In this document: in pieces, positions 58,831 to 64,000 of the stretch | Position numbering within the stretch: position 1 is the stretch's first letter | Layout of the letters: each line of letters opens with the position of its first letter | Assembly: GCA_964016885.1 (NCBI GenBank) | Contig: OZ024743.1 | Coordinates: 259,470,001-259,534,000, forward strand | DNA from: Eledone cirrhosa | Taxonomy: Eukaryota | Direction of reading: 5' to 3' | Length of the DNA: 64,000 nucleotides | Translations under genes and position numbers: made by a program | Notes under the pieces: model-generated | Told to the model about the DNA's origin: nothing | Database searches by the model: none | Seen by the model: only the letters and a program-made list of their open reading frames with translations

Positions 58831-59035
58831 ATGAAGGTCAATTATGGTGCAACATTAATTTCGTTCAAGTTTATATATATTTATTGTCTGCACATTACAG
58901 CGAGTTTAATTATTGAGTACATTGAAGTATAGGTACTTCACGAGACGCAACATTGTGACAGCATTGGGTACTTTAAACAACGAACCCCCTGTAATTATAG
59001 TTACTGACTTAGCTACCATGTATTTCATTAACACG

Positions 59036-59133
<98 letters not shown>

Positions 59134-59265
59134 CACACACATATATATAAATATATATATATATGTGTGAATGAAGTAATTCCGTCGGAAAAGTCCAGGA
59201 AAAAAGAGTGCTCTATGTAGGTAACAGAGCTTAATAGTTATGTAATAAACAACATAAGGCAATTA

Positions 59266-59325
59266 TTCCATTTACCAGTGGTTTCTTAAAAGCAAAAGAT
59301 TTTGCTTTCAATCCTCAGAATGAAA
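59266..59325 (-). ncRNA. Near-canonical type-I hammerhead
   Basis: UUUCAUU-CUGAGGA-UUGAAAGCAAAA..UUUUGCUUUUAA-GAAA-CCACUGG-UA-AAUGGAA. Confidence 0.78.
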
Positions 59326-59424
59326 AAATCCTGGTCTGTTTATTGAATTTGGATTTTAAAAACAAAAATGCAATCCATATGAAAGTGAGGCTGGAGAAGG
59401 CTATGCCTCCGTTAATTTATCGTG

Positions 59425-59467
<43 letters not shown>

Positions 59468-59468
59468 C

Positions 59469-59513
<45 letters not shown>

Positions 59514-59525
59514 CATATATACATA

Positions 59526-59590
<65 letters not shown>

Positions 59591-59620
59591 ATATATATAC
59601 ATATATATATATACATATAC

Positions 59621-59754
<134 letters not shown>

Positions 59755-59970
59755 TATATACAGCCACACAGCGTGGCTGTGTGGTTAGAGGAATGGAGTT
59801 GACTCCCGGACTGCGCAATGCGTTATGTCCTTGCTCCTTCTACCTGGATAGATAGTATTAGCAATTGCAAAGACCAATGGAAACATTGTTTCCTCGGTCC
59901 GATTTGACGAAAGTAAATACACACACACACACACACACACACATTTATATATATATATATATATATGTGT

Positions 59971-60023
<53 letters not shown>

Positions 60024-60025
<2 letters not shown>

Positions 60026-60227
60026 ACAAAGAAGGTGGAGTAAGATACCAGGTGGAGCATAACGCACCAGAGTACTCGATACTTAGGGTAGTAGATGGGT
60101 AATGAGAAAATAGTCAGGAGCCTGACGGCTGAGCTCCGGCCGATTTGACAGCTAGATCCGAACTGTTCGGATCTAGATGTCGAAACTGCTGGAGCTCAGC
60201 CGGCTTGGTCCGGACTTTTTTCTTATA
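60024..60227. mobile_element. GCTGAGCTC family, diverged palindrome plus tail
   Basis: Same layout as 44981-45173; centre ctagatccgaac-t-gttcggatctag. Confidence 0.7.
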
Positions 60228-60243
60228 TATACATATATCTATA

Positions 60244-61124
60244 ACAGAGTCTCATGTTCGTGGATGCTAACCCTGGGGGGAAATTAGCTAAGCAATGGAG
60301 AAAGACCCTAAGAAAGACCCATCTAAGGATTAAAGTGGTAGAAAAGCCAGAAACTACCATAAATCCTTGATCAGCAAGACACTTTACAAATCAGAAAACC
60401 CACTTTACAAATAAGAAATGTGTTATATGTAAAATGAACCCCCAGATAAATTGTAAAACTAGAAATGTAGTCTATAGCATAAGATGTACAGAGGGTCCTT
60501 GCAGAAACATGACGACATGCATAGGAGAGACAGATCGAAGTATAGGAGATAAAATAGACCAACACTGGGGAGACTAAAAGGCCAAAAAAAAACAAAAACG
60601 GTTCAGTACTGTATGAACACGCCAGACAAAGACTTGACGGTAATATAAACAACATAGAAATTAAAATAATATCTAAGCATAGAAATGAAGCAACTGAGAA
60701 GACCGAGGTTGAACAGAAAGAAGGAATGGAATAACAACAACCATACCAAAACAAACAATACTGACTTAACGGAAATATAAATAAATAAATAACTAAATAA
60801 ATATATGCACAAGTAAAATAACAATAAACACATATAAACGCACACTAGTGAGGAAAGATAGAATACAAACACAAAAACACGTACAATCAAGCGCGAACAC
60901 ACACACCAAACATTATACAGACACGCACCCGCATGCGCAGAGACAGAGACAAGAAGATATAAATTAATAAAATAAAAATGGCGTAGACATTACAATACAA
61001 TAGGAGGAAACATAATAGTACCACTGATGATGTTGCAGATGTGCGACGAAAGAACTTTGATAGACTATATATATATACTTATATCTCTATTTTTAACCGT
61101 TGGTAAATCAATGATAAACATTGA
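60244..61124 (+). mobile_element. Penelope-like element 3' part (linker + GIY-YIG + pLTR with HHR at 61019-61062), Naiad-like
   Basis: SLMFVDANPGGKLAK..IKVVEKP; [28 protein letters not shown]; inverted, diverged copy of 57650-58420. Confidence 0.85.
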
Positions 61125-61184
61125 TATATATATATTATAGAATAACAGGAGGCTGGACTGGTGTAATTCCTTGAAAGGTTTATT

Positions 61185-61243
61185 ATATTATGATCATTTC
61201 AACGACCGGGTTCAAAATGGATCCGGTGACATCATCAGGTATT
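61185..61243 (-). ncRNA. Hammerhead motif
   Basis: CUGAUGA-UGUCACCGG...CCGGUCGUU-GAAA-UGAUCA-UA; resembles 43093. Confidence 0.55.
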
Positions 61244-61544
61244 CGAAATATAACAAAGGAATATAATAGACAAAATCCATGGGGCTTAAAATCAGAGACA
61301 TGGGGGCGACCGAACATTTAGCAGCTTCTACCCCGGTCGGCCGCCCTCAAGTGGTGATTATTAAGCCTACTTATGTCGATCTGGTAAAGGGGCGTAGGCT
61401 TATAGTGTACCCCGTCAAAGACAGAGGCCAGCGTTGAGATTAGGTTACAATCAAGCTGGTCATGCGTGCTAGAATGTGCCGCGAAATATGTTTTTTCAAA
61501 GAAATACGTTTTTCAACAAATCCATATATAGTGGGCGTCTGCCC

Positions 61545-61597
<53 letters not shown>

Positions 61598-61617
61598 TAT
61601 ATAAGGGTGTGTGTGTA

Positions 61618-61690
<73 letters not shown>

Positions 61691-61695
<5 letters not shown>

Positions 61696-62325
61696 AAAAA
61701 GAGATGAAATCGAAAATGCAACTGGAGTCTTATTTTAAAAAAAAAGTATATATATTTATTTGGTTCCTTTACCGGTTTCGCAATTCTTCTGCTTTTCAAA
61801 AGGTGAGTTGAGAAGGGTCTCTGGTTTTTCTCACATCTGGTTGCTCTCTGAATTGTTTTTAATATGGAAAAAGTGGCTCGAAAAAAAAAAGCCTTCGTGA
61901 GCCCCTTTTTTCAATTATAAATAAATTCAAGCATTCATATATGAAAAAACAACCTGTGACAACCCCCCCCCTCTTATTTGAAGAACTATTGTAACGCGAA
62001 CTGGCGCGAAATTTATTATAATTATTGACAAACCAATCAAATTACTTCTCGAAAAACCTAGCATTTCGAGCCACTTTTTCCATATAAAACAAGTAACATT
62101 CAGAGACCAACCAGATGTGAGAAAAACCACAGACCCTCCATCTCAACTCACCTTTTGAAAAGCAGAAGAACTGCGAAACCGATAAAGGAACCAAATAAAT
62201 ATATATATTTAAAAAAAAAATAAGACTCCAGTTGCATTTTCGATTTCATCTCTTTTTCTTTATACTTTCACTCGTGTAGGAGACCTCGGTTATTTTTCAT
62301 TTTGTAAAAAAAACCTCACTTTCTA
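61691..62325 (+). mobile_element. pLTR with inverted arm and ~63-nt tail; U3:A8 HHRs at 61766-61803 (-) and 62151-62188 (+)
   Basis: 61691-61880 is the reverse complement of ~62065-62262; same family as 12421-12865. Confidence 0.75.
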
Positions 62326-62849
62326 ATATATATATATATATATATAGTTTAATTTTATTATAAACATTGGGTCATATGACTGACCATTTAAAGGTTATAT
62401 AACCTCAGTTACACAGTATCTTACACAAATATTTGTTGTTCTCCACCGTCTTCTATTTTGCAATATCGAAATGCTCGCACTAATTACAATTGTATCTATG
62501 TAATTCTGAAGGTTCATCATTCACGTACCAATATTTCACGTTCCCTCTACTTCTATTATTAATTCTTCTTAATTTACGATTTTCTTGATTTGATGTGATG
62601 ATCTCTTGGGCAATCTACTTTGAACAACAAATATCTCTTTGCAATATATTTCCCCACAAAATTATGCCTGACATTGTATGTTTAAGAATGTTATCTGTCT
62701 GGATTATAAATTCCCATATGTACTATTCAGTCAGATATTTATGGACCATGTTTCTTGCATAATAAAACAAGTGTAAGTGTAAGCACATCTTATCTCGACG
62801 CCTTTTATATTCCCGCTATGCATGAATGTCACAGGCACTTACAGTAGAG

Positions 62850-63390
62850 GAAATCATCTGCCCAGCAGATGTCAATATAATGCTAAAGTTTCGTGTAAAG
62901 GAGAATATTTATGCTGTACTAATGAGAATGCTGAAAATACGCCATCCTTGCTATACATTTCGATTCGTAACTGCCAACATTGGGGTACTAGGATATGCTA
63001 CTAACTGCCCCAGTACAAATCTTGAGGACTTGGGTAACACAGAACCAGAAAGAGCTTGGCAAGTTAGAAAGTTGCAAGTACAGTCCATAAATGGAACTGG
63101 AAAAATATGTAAAATATTTCAGAAATTCAGCATGTAATACCTGGAAATAAGCACGTGTAGATACAGAAACATGTACGTGTACATATATAGCTAAAAACAT
63201 ACAGATCCTCAAATGTAATAACATCCATACCTGTACACACAAACCAAACACATAACACACACACACACACAAAACGACACATATGACTAGATATTTACCT
63301 AGTTGATGTCTAAATTTCAAAGAAAGAGACTTGTTTCTATGTTAGGAACTCACACACCTTCTATGGGTGGACATTTAAGTAACAATAATG
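62850..63390 (+). mobile_element. R4/Dong-like 3' fragment
   Basis: EIICPADVNI..KENIY..LQVQSINGTGKICK matches 15740-16010, plus a similar 3' UTR. Confidence 0.75.
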
Positions 63391-63534
63391 CCAGAACAGA
63401 TTTATAGTTACATACCTACATATATACGTATATATACATATACATATATATATATACAAAAATACATACAGATATATATGCATGGATACACTAACACACA
63501 ACTATACACGCATACCCGCACGCACGCACGCACG

Positions 63535-63590
<56 letters not shown>

Positions 63591-63699
63591 TATACATATA
63601 TATAAATATATACATAAATTATATGTGTATAAATATATTCAGAGAGAAAATATATATACCCCTTTTCGCCTTATATTTTGAGGATTTACTCGAAAAACA

Positions 63700-64000
63700 C
63701 ACAATGACTACGTTCCATGTCAGGGGGTCAGTGCCAACAAGTGTATTGAAGTGCATTGAAGTTTCCCATCAAGATATATGAATCAGTTTTAACTACATCT
63801 AACGTTGCAGTGAATTCATCAACGCAGGACCTGTATACAGACTTTCTTTAGTACATAAATTTGCACCACCCACAGAGTCCTAACTTGCAGTCTAAGCTCC
63901 AATAAGCAAATCCTCCCTCTTAATGGGATCCAGTCCATAACACATTCTGACAGCCTGGGGCTTGTGAGAGTCCCCATTCCCACCTTTGTAGTCTTTTCTG
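63700..64000 (-). pseudogene. Decayed APE endonuclease of an RTE-clade LINE (runs off the window)
   Basis: Hand translation LTSPRLSECVMDWIPLRGRICLLEL..VVQIY / DSYILMGNFNA..VGTD..TW. Confidence 0.6.

Noticed and set aside
60740-61020. SECIS or selenocysteine recoding in the Naiad-like element
   Set aside because: No UGA at the visible Cys positions and no clear SECIS fold by eye

Overview
Eukaryotic (animal) intergenic or intronic DNA made almost entirely of transposable-element debris and (TA)n/(CA)n/(TTA)n microsatellites. The microsatellite load and the dominant tRNA-derived SINE resemble an octopus/cephalopod genome (inference). I can support no host gene, and most long ORFs in the track are translated microsatellites. 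Recognisable elements are a head-to-tail cluster of Tx1-clade LINEs (1-11.7 kb), R4/Dong-like RLE retrotransposons, several RTE-clade LINE remnants, an internally deleted mariner, non-autonomous Helitrons and about 20 SINE copies. The most interesting signal is absent from the ORF track. The short unique islands inside the (TA)n tracts look like 3' ends of Penelope-like retroelements (PLEs) from many families, and about 20 of them carry type-I hammerhead-ribozyme (HHR) motifs with family-specific covarying stems, palindromic stem-III loops and U3:A8 core variants. Many islands share an inverted-arm plus unpaired 3' tail architecture. Two copies retain a decayed Naiad-like GIY-YIG endonuclease. 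All folds and coordinates were read by eye, and boundaries are approximate.
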